Assembly (NCBI GenBank): GCA_041483195.1
Contig: JBGPFC010000016.1
Span: 22,004-86,003, forward strand
Length of the DNA: 64,000 nt
Source of the DNA: Candidatus Eiseniibacteriota bacterium
GTDB lineage: Bacteria; Eisenbacteria; RBG-16-71-46
Direction: 5' to 3'
Part shown: positions 9,489 through 19,554 of the stretch, in pieces
Position numbering within the stretch: position 1 is the first letter of the stretch
Layout of the letters: every line of letters begins with the position of its first letter
Translations under genes and position numbers: made by a program
The notes under the pieces: generated by a model
Database searches by the model: none
Told to the model about the DNA's origin: nothing
The model's input: only the letters and a program-made list of their open reading frames with translations

Positions 9489-10678
9489 CGGGACGGCTCG
9501 ATCGCGGCGGGGATCTTCGCCGCCGCCCACCGCCAGGCGTCTTCCGCGCCGCCCGCGTCGGCGGCCGCGATCTGCAGGAGTTCCGGGCTGCCGCCGCCCT
9601 TCCCCTTCGCGAGCGTGAGCAGCTCCGGCAGCCACGCCTTGAGATCGAGGCTCCCGCCTTTCGCGCGTGCCACGATCACTGTCGGCTCGGGAGCGCTCGC
9701 GGCCGCCGCCACCCATGGCGCTCCCGCCTCGAGGCACTTGAGCACGAACGCGCGCAGCTCGTCTCGCGGCCGGGCGGGCGACAGCTCGGAGACGCCGTGC
9801 GGCGGGTGCCCCACGCGCTCCCTGGCCTCGGCCGCGATCGCCTTCGCGGTCAGCTCGCGCAATCGCTTCGCCAGCTCGTCGCGCTCTTCGGCCGCGCGCT
9901 CGAGATGGGCGATCAGCTCGCGGTCCTTCAGCGTGCGGCGCTTCGCCGCCTCGAGCAGCGCCTCGGTCCGCCACGCGTGATCGCGCAGGGCGCGGCCGCC
10001 GCACAGAAACTCGAACCGGAGATTCCCGCGCACCTTCTCCCAGCGCACGATCTTGATCGCGCCCACCTCGCCCGTGCGCCGGGTGTGCGTGCCGCCGCAG
10101 GCCGACACGTCCCACTCCGGGATCTCGACGATGCGAATTCGCCCGCTCACGGCGAGCGGCTTGCGGAGGACGAAGCGCTTCACGCCCTCGTCGTCCACCC
10201 AGTGCCGCTCGATCGGGCGGTCCTCCCACACCACGCCGTTCGCCGCAGCCTCGATGCGCTCGACCCGCCTCCAGTCCGCGTCAGCCAGCGCCAGCTCGAC
10301 GGAGCTACGCTCCTCGCCGAGGTGCGAAGACAACGTCGGCGCGTTCAGCACGCGCTCGAACGCCGCGGAGAGGATGTGCTGTCCGGTGTGCTGCTGCATG
10401 TGGTCGAAGCGCCGCGGCCAGTCGATCGCGGCCTCGATCTCGCCCCGAAGATCCACGCCGTCGATCACGTGCCACACGCGTCCGCCCTCGTCCTGCACGT
10501 CCACCACCGTGGCCCCGCCGAGCGTGCCGCGGTCGGCTCCCTGCCCGCCGCTCTCTGGGTAGAAATACGTGGCGTCGAGCTCGACGGCCGCGCGGCCACG
10601 ATGTTCCCCCGCCGCCGCGACCCGCGCGGTGAATCGCGTGGTGTATGCGTCGTCGTAGTCGAGCCGGGTCGAGGCCAT
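9485..10678 (-). CDS. Alanyl-tRNA editing protein (AlaX-like, with DHHA1 domain)
   Basis: FYPESGGQ..D.G, HMQQHTGQHILS, CGGTH, C-terminal KGGGS. Confidence 0.88.
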   Translation of the reverse strand: MASTRLDYDDAYTTRFTARVAAAGEHRGRAAVELDATYFYPESGGQGADRGTLGGATVVDVQDEGGRVWHVIDGVDLRGEIEAAIDWPRRFDHMQQHTGQHILSAAFERVLNAPTLSSHLGEERSSVELALADADWRRVERIEAAANGVVWEDRPIERHWVDDEGVKRFVLRKPLAVSGRIRIVEIPEWDVSACGGTHTRRTGEVGAIKIVRWEKVRGNLRFEFLCGGRALRDHAWRTEALLEAAKRRTLKDRELIAHLERAAEERDELAKRLRELTAKAIAAEARERVGHPPHGVSELSPARPRDELRAFVLKCLEAGAPWVAAAASAPEPTVIVARAKGGSLDLKAWLPELLTLAKGKGGGSPELLQIAAADAGGAEDAWRWAAAKIPAAIEPSR

Positions 10679-10682
10679 CGGA

Positions 10683-11720
<1,038 letters not shown>

Positions 11721-11731
11721 GAGCTGGCGCC

Positions 11732-12619
11732 TCAGACCGATGACGGGGCGCCCGGCTCCGGCTCGGGCGACCTCGCGGGCTCCACCAGCGTGAGCCGCGC
11801 GCCGTGGCCGGCTCCGGCCACGCGCGCATCGAGATCCGCGCCGGCGTAGGCGGGTCCGACCTCGACCAGCTCGGCGTCGGCCTCGACCAGCCGGAGGTAG
11901 AAGAACGTCCACGCGTATTGAATGACCGGCGTGAACGCCGTGACGAGCAGCCAGCAGATCGCGACCCAGGTGGTCACCCCCGCTCCCGGCACGAGCAGAG
12001 AGAGCACGGTGACGGCGAACACCGCGGCGAGGGCAAGAAACACCGACACCACGATCATCTCGAACCAGCGCTCGAAGCGTCCCGACGAAAGCCGGAACGA
12101 ACGCTGGAACGCGCCGGACAGGTGCGGCTCGTCGAGCACGACCGCCTCGGTCGCGAACGCCAGGCGGTAGCCCAGCACGATCGCCGGGACCACGAAGAAG
12201 AAGGTCGCGAACAGCAGCGCGAGATTGCGCACGATCTCGGTCACGATGAGCCAGGGCAGGCGCCTCAAGCCCCGCGCGTAGCACTCGAGCGCTGGCGCGG
12301 GATGCGCGGCGGGGGGCGTATTGAACACCGACCGCGCGCGGAACCGGAGCATGGCTCCCACCACCATCAGCATCAGGTAGTCGCCGAGCAGCGCCACGCT
12401 GCTGAGCAGCATGACGCGGCCGGGTTGCTCGGTCTGATCGAGTGGCGGCAGCAGCGCGAGCGCCACGATCCATGGCGCGCGCAGCAGCAGCGGCACGACC
12501 AGCGAATGCAGCGCGTCACGGCGCACCGCCAGATCGAAGGCGAGCGCGAAGGCGTGCCGCGTGGAGGCCGGGAGACGCGGATCATGGGGCGTGGGCATGG
12601 AGTGGGCCGCGCGGTCCAT
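11732..12619 (-). CDS. Hypothetical multi-pass membrane protein
   Basis: About 6 hydrophobic segments, 'AF.RSFRL' pattern and 'FFYLRL' end; start 12619 or 12598. Confidence 0.65.
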   Translation of the reverse strand: MDRAAHSMPTPHDPRLPASTRHAFALAFDLAVRRDALHSLVVPLLLRAPWIVALALLPPLDQTEQPGRVMLLSSVALLGDYLMLMVVGAMLRFRARSVFNTPPAAHPAPALECYARGLRRLPWLIVTEIVRNLALLFATFFFVVPAIVLGYRLAFATEAVVLDEPHLSGAFQRSFRLSSGRFERWFEMIVVSVFLALAAVFAVTVLSLLVPGAGVTTWVAICWLLVTAFTPVIQYAWTFFYLRLVEADAELVEVGPAYAGADLDARVAGAGHGARLTLVEPARSPEPEPGAPSSV

Positions 12620-12629
12620 GCGCGGCCGA

Positions 12630-12661
12630 TTGACACTAGAGAGAGCCCTCACTAGTGTCAA
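12630..12661. promoter_or_regulatory. Symmetric bidirectional sigma70-type promoter / inverted repeat TTGACACTAG-N12-CTAGTGTCAA
   Basis: Each strand reads TTGACA-17 nt-TAGTGT; lies between divergent starts at 12619 (-) and 12667 (+). Confidence 0.7.
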
Positions 12662-12666
12662 GCTGC

Positions 12667-13149
12667 ATGCCTCGCAAGCTCTCACACGTCGACAGCAGAG
12701 GCCGGATCCGCATGGTGGACGTGAGCGACAAGCCCGTCACCGCCCGCGTCGCGGTCGCCCATGGCCGTATCTACATGCATCACGATACGCTCGCGCTGGT
12801 GCGCGAGGAACGCGCCCCGAAGGGCAACGTGCTGACCACCGCGCAGATCGCGGGCGTGATGGCCGCGAAGCGCACCGGCAGTCTGATCCCCCTCGCCCAC
12901 ACCCTTCCGCTCGACAGCGTCGATCTCGCCTTCTCGTTCGACGAGGACTCCTCGTCGATCGGGATCGAGGCGCGCGTCAAGTCGCGCGGGCGGACCGGCG
13001 TCGAGATCGAAGCACTCACGGCCGCGATGACGGCGGCGCTGACGCTCTACGACATGCTGAAGGCGGTGGATCGAGGCATGGTCATGGGCGAGTTCGCGCT
13101 GCTGGAGAAGCGCGGAGGCCGGAGTGGGGCCTACCGCCGCGGCTCCTGA
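12667..13149 (+). CDS. moaC: Cyclic pyranopterin monophosphate synthase
   Basis: LSHVD..G.IRMVDVSDK, KGNVL, AGVMAAKRT, LIPLAH, TGVEIEALT, YDMLKAVD, KRGGRSG. Confidence 0.95.
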   Translation: MPRKLSHVDSRGRIRMVDVSDKPVTARVAVAHGRIYMHHDTLALVREERAPKGNVLTTAQIAGVMAAKRTGSLIPLAHTLPLDSVDLAFSFDEDSSSIGIEARVKSRGRTGVEIEALTAAMTAALTLYDMLKAVDRGMVMGEFALLEKRGGRSGAYRRGS

Positions 13150-14389
13150 GCCGCTGAGCTACGCCGAGGCGCGGGCCAGGGTGCTTGCGGCCGCGCGGCC
13201 GCTGGCGTCCGAGATGGTCGCGCTCGCGGACTGTCGCGGGCGCGCGCTGCGGCGGCGCGTGACGGCCGCGCACGCCCTGCCCCCCTTCCGCAACAGCTCG
13301 ATGGACGGCGTCGCGGTGCGCTCGGACGATCTGGCTGCGGCGAGCGCGGCGAGCCCGGTGACGCTGCCGGTGGCCGAGACCATCGCGGCGGGGCACCTCG
13401 CGTCGCGCGCGCTTCGCCCCGGGGAGGTCATGCGCATCATGACCGGCGCGATGCTCCCCGAGTCCGCCGACGCGATCGTTCCCGTCGAAGACTTCGAGGT
13501 CGAAGCATCGGCCGGCTCGGAGCGCGCTCGCTTCACCCGCCCGGCGTCCGCAGCTCAGTACGTGCGCGAGGCGGGCGCGGATCTCGCGGCGGGCGCACTC
13601 GCGCTCGAGGAGGGCCGCGAGCTTTCGGCACACGATCTCGCGTTGCTCGCGGCGCTCGGCGAGGCCACGCTCGCGGTGGGGCCGCGTCCGCGCGTTGCGG
13701 TGCTCTCGACCGGCGACGAGCTGCTCGACGTCGGCCAGCCGCTGCGCGAGGGGGCGATCCGCGACAGCAACCGCGTCATGCTGGCGTCGCTGCTCGAGGA
13801 GTGCGGCGCCCGCGTCGTGGCCGCGCGCCGCGTGCCGGATGATCCCGCCCGCGTGGCCACCGACGTCGCGAAGCTGCTCGAGATCGCAGACGTCGTGCTC
13901 ACCATCGGTGGCGTATCGGCCGGCGATTTCGATCCGGTCAAGCTCGCGCTCGCGGCCGTTGGCGACGTCGCCCTGTGGCGCGTCGCGATGAAACCCGGCC
14001 GGCCCCAGGCGTTCGGCACCCCGCGGGGCCGGCTCTTCTTCGGAATGCCGGGCAATCCGGCCTCGGTCGCGTGCACGTTCGAGGCGCTGGTGCGCCCCGC
14101 GCTTCGCAGGCTCGCGGGCTGCGCATCGCTCGACCGCCCGCGGCTCACGGTGCGCGCGGCGGAGCCCATCGGTTCCCGCGAGGGTCGCACCGACTTCGTG
14201 CGCGTGACGCTGGCCGAGCGCGATGGGACGTGGTGGGCGAGCGTCGCCGGCGATCAGGTGTCCGGTCACCTCACGCCCCAATCGCGCGCGCACGCGCTCC
14301 TGATCGTGCCAGAGGCCGACGCTTCGCTCGAAACCGGCGCGGGCGCCGAGGCGATGATCCTCCGCTGGCCGGAGCGCGAAGGCTCGTGA
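13124..14389 (+). CDS. moeA: Molybdopterin molybdotransferase
   Basis: PPFRNSSMDG, IMTGAMLP, STGDEL, GGVSAGDFD, MKPGRP, MPGNPAS; start uncertain. Confidence 0.92.
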   Translation: MGPTAAAPEPLSYAEARARVLAAARPLASEMVALADCRGRALRRRVTAAHALPPFRNSSMDGVAVRSDDLAAASAASPVTLPVAETIAAGHLASRALRPGEVMRIMTGAMLPESADAIVPVEDFEVEASAGSERARFTRPASAAQYVREAGADLAAGALALEEGRELSAHDLALLAALGEATLAVGPRPRVAVLSTGDELLDVGQPLREGAIRDSNRVMLASLLEECGARVVAARRVPDDPARVATDVAKLLEIADVVLTIGGVSAGDFDPVKLALAAVGDVALWRVAMKPGRPQAFGTPRGRLFFGMPGNPASVACTFEALVRPALRRLAGCASLDRPRLTVRAAEPIGSREGRTDFVRVTLAERDGTWWASVAGDQVSGHLTPQSRAHALLIVPEADASLETGAGAEAMILRWPEREGS

Positions 14390-16464
14390 GCCGGCGCCGT
14401 CCGCCGGCGCGCGGCGAAGCACGAACGCACCCGGCTCCGCCGGCCGTCGCGCCCGCTTACCAGGCGCCTCCCCTCTCGCCGAGCCATCCCGCGGCGATCG
14501 CGGCGTTGCTCGCGGCGATCGCGTGCGTCGTGCTGAGCGCGACGTTCGAGATCTACGACACCGATTTCTGGCAGCACCTGCTGGTGGGCAAGGCGATCTG
14601 GCAGGCCCATGGAGTTCCGCGGCTCCACGAGTGGACGTGGCCGGGTCTCGGCCGCCCCGACGTGCTGCCCTCCTGGGGATTCCGAGCGCTGATCTGGCCG
14701 TTCTGGGCCGCGGGCGGGGTCTGGGGGCTGTTCGCCTTCCGCTGGATCGCGTCGCTCGCCGCGCTCGGGGTGATGTGGCAGACCGCGCGTCGCATGGGAG
14801 CGCGCGGGCTCTCCCCGCTATTCGTCGTGGTGCTCGGCTCTGTGATCCTGCGCACCCGATCGCAGGTGCGGCCCGAGGCCCTCGCCGCGATCCTGCTGGC
14901 GCTCGAGATCGCGATCCTCGAGACGGCGCGCGCGGGCGGCGCGCTGCGCCGTGCTCCCGCTGCATCGCTGATCGCGATCGCGTGGGCGTGGATCAACGTG
15001 CACGTCTCGTTTCCGCTCTTCTTCGTCGTGCTCGGGATTCACGCGCTCGACGCCCGGCTCGCGGCCCGCGGCGGGAGCGGCTCCGGCGACGCCGCTCGCG
15101 CGCGGCGGCTCGCGTTCGTCGGCCTCGCGGCGCTCGCCGCTTCCTTCCTCAACCCGTTCGGCGCGCGCGCGGTCTGGCAGCCGTTCGAGTTCATCCTCCA
15201 CCAGCGCCAGGAACCCATCTTCCTCACCATCGGCGAGCTGCAACCGCCGCGCATCGACGAGAACCTCTGGAACGGCCTCCCGCTGCTGGCGCTGGGCTGG
15301 CCGCTGCTGCTGGCGTGGCGTGCGCGGCGCACCGGGTGGGATCGCGTCGAGCTCATGACGCTGCTCGCGTTCGGGGCGATGGGCGCGAGCAGTGCGCGCT
15401 TTCTCGGCAACGCGGCGCTGGTCGCGGTGCCCTACGCGGCTCGCGATCTCGACGCGTGGATTCGCGCGAGAGGCTGGCCGCGCTGGACCGCCTCGCCATG
15501 GGCGCGCGCCGCGATCGCGATCGCCGCCTCGGTCCTGGTGGGATGGTTCGAATGGACGGCCCCCGATCCGCGCCCCGGCGTGGGGATCGAGATGAGCCAG
15601 TACCCGGTGCGTGCGTGCGATTTCATGCGCGATCACGACGTGCGTGGGCGCGGCTTCAACCACTTCTCGCAGGGCGGCTACCTGTTGTGGCGGTTCTGGC
15701 CGGACCCGGCGCGCCTGCCGTTCATGGACATTCACCAGTCGGGAACGCGCGAGGACCGGCTGCTCTACATGCTGGCCGGTGCACGCTTCGAGCGCTGGCG
15801 CGCGCTCGATGCCCGCGAACGTTTCGCATGGGTGTTGCTCAATCGCCGGCAGGTGGTGGGCGATCACCTGTTGGATTTCCTCGACCGCGACAGCACGTTC
15901 GCGCTCGTCTTCCTCGACGACGCTGCTGCGCTCTACGCGCGGCGCGGCGGCGTGCTCGATCCGCTCACGCAGCGCGGCTACCGGCTGATCCCGGGCGGGC
16001 GCGCCGCGCTCGCCGCGCTGGGGGAGCGCTGCGCGGAGGATCCCGTGCTCCGCGAGCGGGCGCGCATCGAGCTCGAACGCCAGGTGGACGGCTCCCCGTG
16101 GAACGCGGCGGCGCACAGCCTGCTCGCGAACATCGCGCTCATGGAACATCGCGCCACGGCGGCACGCTTCCACCTGGAGCGGGCGCTCGAGGCGGACCCA
16201 CTCATTCCGCGCACCCACGAGCGGCTCGGCGACCTCGCACTCGAGGGCGGCGATCCGCGCGCGGCGATCCGCGAGTACCGTCTCGAGCTGGTCACGAACG
16301 AGCCCCCGCCCCAGATCGAGCTGCGCATGGGACGCGCCTCGGAGGCCCTGGGCGATCCCGGGGCGGCTCGCGCGCACTACCGCGCGGAGCTGAAGCGCGA
16401 CCCATCGAGTCGGGAAGCGCTCGATCGGCTCTCGGCGCTCGAAGCGCGCATCGCGAGACCGTGA
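14386..16464 (+). CDS. Polytopic membrane protein (GT-C-like, D-x-W-x-H-L-x-x-G motif) with C-terminal TPR-like repeats
   Basis: DFWQHLLVGKAIW, RPE, WINVH, LNPFG, GGYLLW; TPR-like helices at the C-terminus; GTG overlaps the moeA stop. Confidence 0.65.
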   Translation: MSRRRPPARGEARTHPAPPAVAPAYQAPPLSPSHPAAIAALLAAIACVVLSATFEIYDTDFWQHLLVGKAIWQAHGVPRLHEWTWPGLGRPDVLPSWGFRALIWPFWAAGGVWGLFAFRWIASLAALGVMWQTARRMGARGLSPLFVVVLGSVILRTRSQVRPEALAAILLALEIAILETARAGGALRRAPAASLIAIAWAWINVHVSFPLFFVVLGIHALDARLAARGGSGSGDAARARRLAFVGLAALAASFLNPFGARAVWQPFEFILHQRQEPIFLTIGELQPPRIDENLWNGLPLLALGWPLLLAWRARRTGWDRVELMTLLAFGAMGASSARFLGNAALVAVPYAARDLDAWIRARGWPRWTASPWARAAIAIAASVLVGWFEWTAPDPRPGVGIEMSQYPVRACDFMRDHDVRGRGFNHFSQGGYLLWRFWPDPARLPFMDIHQSGTREDRLLYMLAGARFERWRALDARERFAWVLLNRRQVVGDHLLDFLDRDSTFALVFLDDAAALYARRGGVLDPLTQRGYRLIPGGRAALAALGERCAEDPVLRERARIELERQVDGSPWNAAAHSLLANIALMEHRATAARFHLERALEADPLIPRTHERLGDLALEGGDPRAAIREYRLELVTNEPPPQIELRMGRASEALGDPGAARAHYRAELKRDPSSREALDRLSALEARIARP

Positions 16465-16534
16465 GCCGCAGGTCCCCGCGCCGCGGATCCGTCGACCGCG
16501 ACCGGGGGACGGCCCGCGAGGGTGTGGCTCTCGG

Positions 16535-17998
16535 CTAGAGCAGCCCGCGCACGCTGCGCTGCGCCGCGACCAGCAGCGCCTGCGCCTGCACGCCCCACCA
16601 GAGCGTGAGCACGATGCTCGCGAACAGCGCGACCATGGCCGGCGCCGCCCACGAGACCTCCGTGGGTTCCCCGCTCGGCTCGTCCATGTACATCGCGACG
16701 GTGATGCGCAGGTAGTAGAAGATGGACACCACGCTGTTCAGCACGCCAACGATCACCAGCGACACCAGGTGCTGGTCGAGCGCCGCGCCGAAGATGTAGA
16801 CCTTGCCCATGAACCCGGCGGTGGGCGGAATTCCGCCCAGCGAGAGCATGAACACCGTCATCGCGAGGCCGAGCACCGGGTGGCGGAAGCCCAGCCCCGA
16901 GAGGTCGGAGATCAGCACGCGCTCGTCTTGTCCGCGACCGAGCAGCGCGAGAACGCCGAACGCCCCGAGGCTCGTCACGGCGTAGATCACGAGGTAGAAG
17001 ACGGCGGCCGAAGTTCCCTGCGGCCCGCCCGCCGCGAGCGCGACCAGCACGTAGCCCGCGTGCGCGATGCTCGAGTAGGCGAGCATGCGCTTCACGTTGG
17101 TCTGGAGCAGCGCCGTGACGTTGCCGAGCGTCATCGTCAGGATCGCGATCCACGACAGGATCGGGCGCCAGTCGCCCTGCACCTCGGCGAGCGCGCTCAT
17201 GCTCACCCGCAGGATCGCGGCGAAGCCCGCCGCCTTGGCCCCCGCCGACATGAAGCCCGTGACCGAGGTGGGCGCCCCTTCGTAGGCGTCCGGCGCCCAC
17301 ATGTGGAAAGGCACGGCGGCGACCTTGAACCCGAAGCCCACCAGCAGCAGCAACCCGCCGGTCACGAACAGCGGATTCTGGAGCATCGGGGAGTCGGCCA
17401 TGAAGGCCGCGATCGCGCGCAGATTCGTCGAGCCGGTCGCGCCGTACACCAGCGCGATGCCGTAGAGCAGGAAGCCGCTCGCGAAGGCGCCCAGCAGGAA
17501 GTACTTGAGCGCGGCCTCGTTCGATTCGAGCTGGCCCCGCCGGAAGCCCACCAGGACGTAGAGCGAGATCGACATCAGCTCGAGCCCGAGGAACACCGTG
17601 ATGAGATCGTTCGATGCGGCCATCACGATCATGCCGAGCGTGGCGCTCAGCAGCAGCGCGTAGTACTCCGTCGCGCGCAGGCCGAGCCGCTTCACGTAGT
17701 TCCAGGACACCAGCACGCTGACCGCCGCGATCGAGCAGAACAGCAGCGTGAAGAACACGCTGAATCCGTCGTGCACGAACATGCCGCCGAACAGCGAGCG
17801 CCTGGCGTCCCGCACGAAGAACACGGACGCAGCGGCTGCGATCAGCGTGAGCAGCGCGAGCGCCGGCGCGCGGCCGCTCTCCGCCCGGACCGGCACGAAC
17901 TCGAGCATCAGCAGCAGCATCACCCCGGCGCTCAGCGCGATCACGGCGCCCAGCGCCCACCAGTCCACGGCGAGCAGCGCGGCAGGCAGCGGCATCAT
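16535..17998 (-). CDS. nuoN: NADH-quinone oxidoreductase subunit N
   Basis: GLELMSI, EAALKYFLLG, FKVAAVPFHMWAPDAYEGAP, KRMLAYSSIAH, GIPPTAGFMGK. Confidence 0.95.
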   Translation of the reverse strand: MMPLPAALLAVDWWALGAVIALSAGVMLLLMLEFVPVRAESGRAPALALLTLIAAAASVFFVRDARRSLFGGMFVHDGFSVFFTLLFCSIAAVSVLVSWNYVKRLGLRATEYYALLLSATLGMIVMAASNDLITVFLGLELMSISLYVLVGFRRGQLESNEAALKYFLLGAFASGFLLYGIALVYGATGSTNLRAIAAFMADSPMLQNPLFVTGGLLLLVGFGFKVAAVPFHMWAPDAYEGAPTSVTGFMSAGAKAAGFAAILRVSMSALAEVQGDWRPILSWIAILTMTLGNVTALLQTNVKRMLAYSSIAHAGYVLVALAAGGPQGTSAAVFYLVIYAVTSLGAFGVLALLGRGQDERVLISDLSGLGFRHPVLGLAMTVFMLSLGGIPPTAGFMGKVYIFGAALDQHLVSLVIVGVLNSVVSIFYYLRITVAMYMDEPSGEPTEVSWAAPAMVALFASIVLTLWWGVQAQALLVAAQRSVRGLL

Positions 17999-19554
17999 CG
18001 CGGGCCCCCCGCGCTCGCGAGCGGCGGCGCGACGCGCGCCGGCGCGGCCTCCACCACCTGCATGGTCTCGCGCTGCTGCGCGAGCGCGAGCGTGCGATCG
18101 AGCGCCGGCTGCATGCGGTCGAGGAAGGGCTGCGGCATGAAGCCCATCCAGAAGACGAGGATCAGCAGCGGCGCGAACACCAGTCGCTCGCGCAGGCTCA
18201 GGTCGGAGAGCTTCTCGTTCTCGGCATGCGTCACCGGGCCGAACATGACGCGCTGGTACATCCACAGCATGTAGCAGGCGGAGAGGATCACTCCGGTCGC
18301 CGCGATCACCGCCCACACCGGCTGCGCGCGGTACGCGCCGAGCAGGATCAGGAACTCGCCGACGAATCCGTTGGTCCCGGGGAGCCCGATCGAGGAGAGC
18401 ATCACGACGAGGAACACCGCCGCGAACACCGGGAGCGGCTTCCACAGCCCGCCGAAGTCCGCGATCATACGCGTGTGCCGGCGCTCGTAGACGACGCCCA
18501 CCAGCTGGAACAGCGCCCCGGTCGAGATGCCGTGGTTGATCATCTGGAGCATCGCGCCCGCGAAGCCTTGCGGATTCATCGCGTAGAGGCCGAGCATCGC
18601 GAAGCCGAGGTGGCTGACCGACGAGTAGGCCACCAGCTTCTTGAGATCGGGCTGCACCATCGCGACCAGCGCGCCGTAGATGATGCCGACCAGCGCGAGC
18701 CCCGCGATCCACGGCGCGAACTGGTGCGAGGCCACCGGGAACAACGGGATCGCGAAGCGGATGAAGCCGTAGGTGCCCATCTTGAGGAGCACCGCCGCCA
18801 GGATGACGGAGCCCGCCGTCGGCGCCTCGACGTGCGCGTCGGGGAGCCAGGTGTGGAGCGGGAACATCGGCACCTTGATCGCGAACGCCAGCGCGAAGGC
18901 GAGGAACAGCCAGACCTGGGTCGCGTGCGGGATCGCGAGCGCGTAGAAGGCGTCGAGCTCGAAGGTCGCGACGCCCGTGGCGGCGCGCTGCATGAAGTAG
19001 AGCCACAGGATCGCGGCCAGCATGAGCACGCTGCCCGCCATGGTATAGAGGAAGAACTTGATCGCGGCGTACACGCGCCGCGGGCCGCCCCAGATCCCGA
19101 TCAACAGGTACATCGGGACCAGCATCGCCTCCCAGAACACGTAGAACAGCAGCAGGTCGAGGCAGAGGAACGTGCCGATCATCCCGGTCTCGAGCGCGAG
19201 CATCAGCGCGTAGAACTCGCGAGGGCGCTGGTGGACGGCGCCGGTCGAGCCCAGCACCGCGACCGCCGTCAGCACCGTGGTGAGCAGCACCAGCAGCACG
19301 CTGATGCCGTCGACGCCCAGGTGGTAGGTCGCGCCGAGGGCGGGCAGCCACGCGTGCTTCTCCTCGAACTGCCAGCCGGGCTGGGCGGGAACGAACCGCC
19401 ACCAGAGCGGCAGCGAGAACAGGAGCTCCGCGATCGAGACCGTGATGGCCCAGCGGCGGATCGCGCGCTCGGCGGTCGCCGGCATGAGCGCGATCAGCAC
19501 GGCGCCCATGAGCGGGAAGAACACCAGCCACGACAGCCAGGGGAATTCGGTCAT
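17995..19554 (-). CDS. nuoM: NADH-quinone oxidoreductase subunit M
   Basis: FYVFWEAMLVPMY, IKVPMFPLHTWLPDAHVEAPTAGS, KKLVAYSSVSH, GFVGEF. Confidence 0.95.
   Translation of the reverse strand: MTEFPWLSWLVFFPLMGAVLIALMPATAERAIRRWAITVSIAELLFSLPLWWRFVPAQPGWQFEEKHAWLPALGATYHLGVDGISVLLVLLTTVLTAVAVLGSTGAVHQRPREFYALMLALETGMIGTFLCLDLLLFYVFWEAMLVPMYLLIGIWGGPRRVYAAIKFFLYTMAGSVLMLAAILWLYFMQRAATGVATFELDAFYALAIPHATQVWLFLAFALAFAIKVPMFPLHTWLPDAHVEAPTAGSVILAAVLLKMGTYGFIRFAIPLFPVASHQFAPWIAGLALVGIIYGALVAMVQPDLKKLVAYSSVSHLGFAMLGLYAMNPQGFAGAMLQMINHGISTGALFQLVGVVYERRHTRMIADFGGLWKPLPVFAAVFLVVMLSSIGLPGTNGFVGEFLILLGAYRAQPVWAVIAATGVILSACYMLWMYQRVMFGPVTHAENEKLSDLSLRERLVFAPLLILVFWMGFMPQPFLDRMQPALDRTLALAQQRETMQVVEAAPARVAPPLASAGGPR

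Noticed and set aside
12630..12661. CIRCE element or IS terminal repeats
   Set aside because: It does not match TTAGCACTC-N9-GAGTGCTAA, and there is no chaperone or transposase gene adjacent
16535..19531. Apparent 998-aa NuoN fusion and other N-terminally extended ORF calls (10683..12473, 13975..16464, 35966..38089)
   Set aside because: The extensions are off-frame read-through over neighbouring genes; true starts are downstream at overlaps or RBSs
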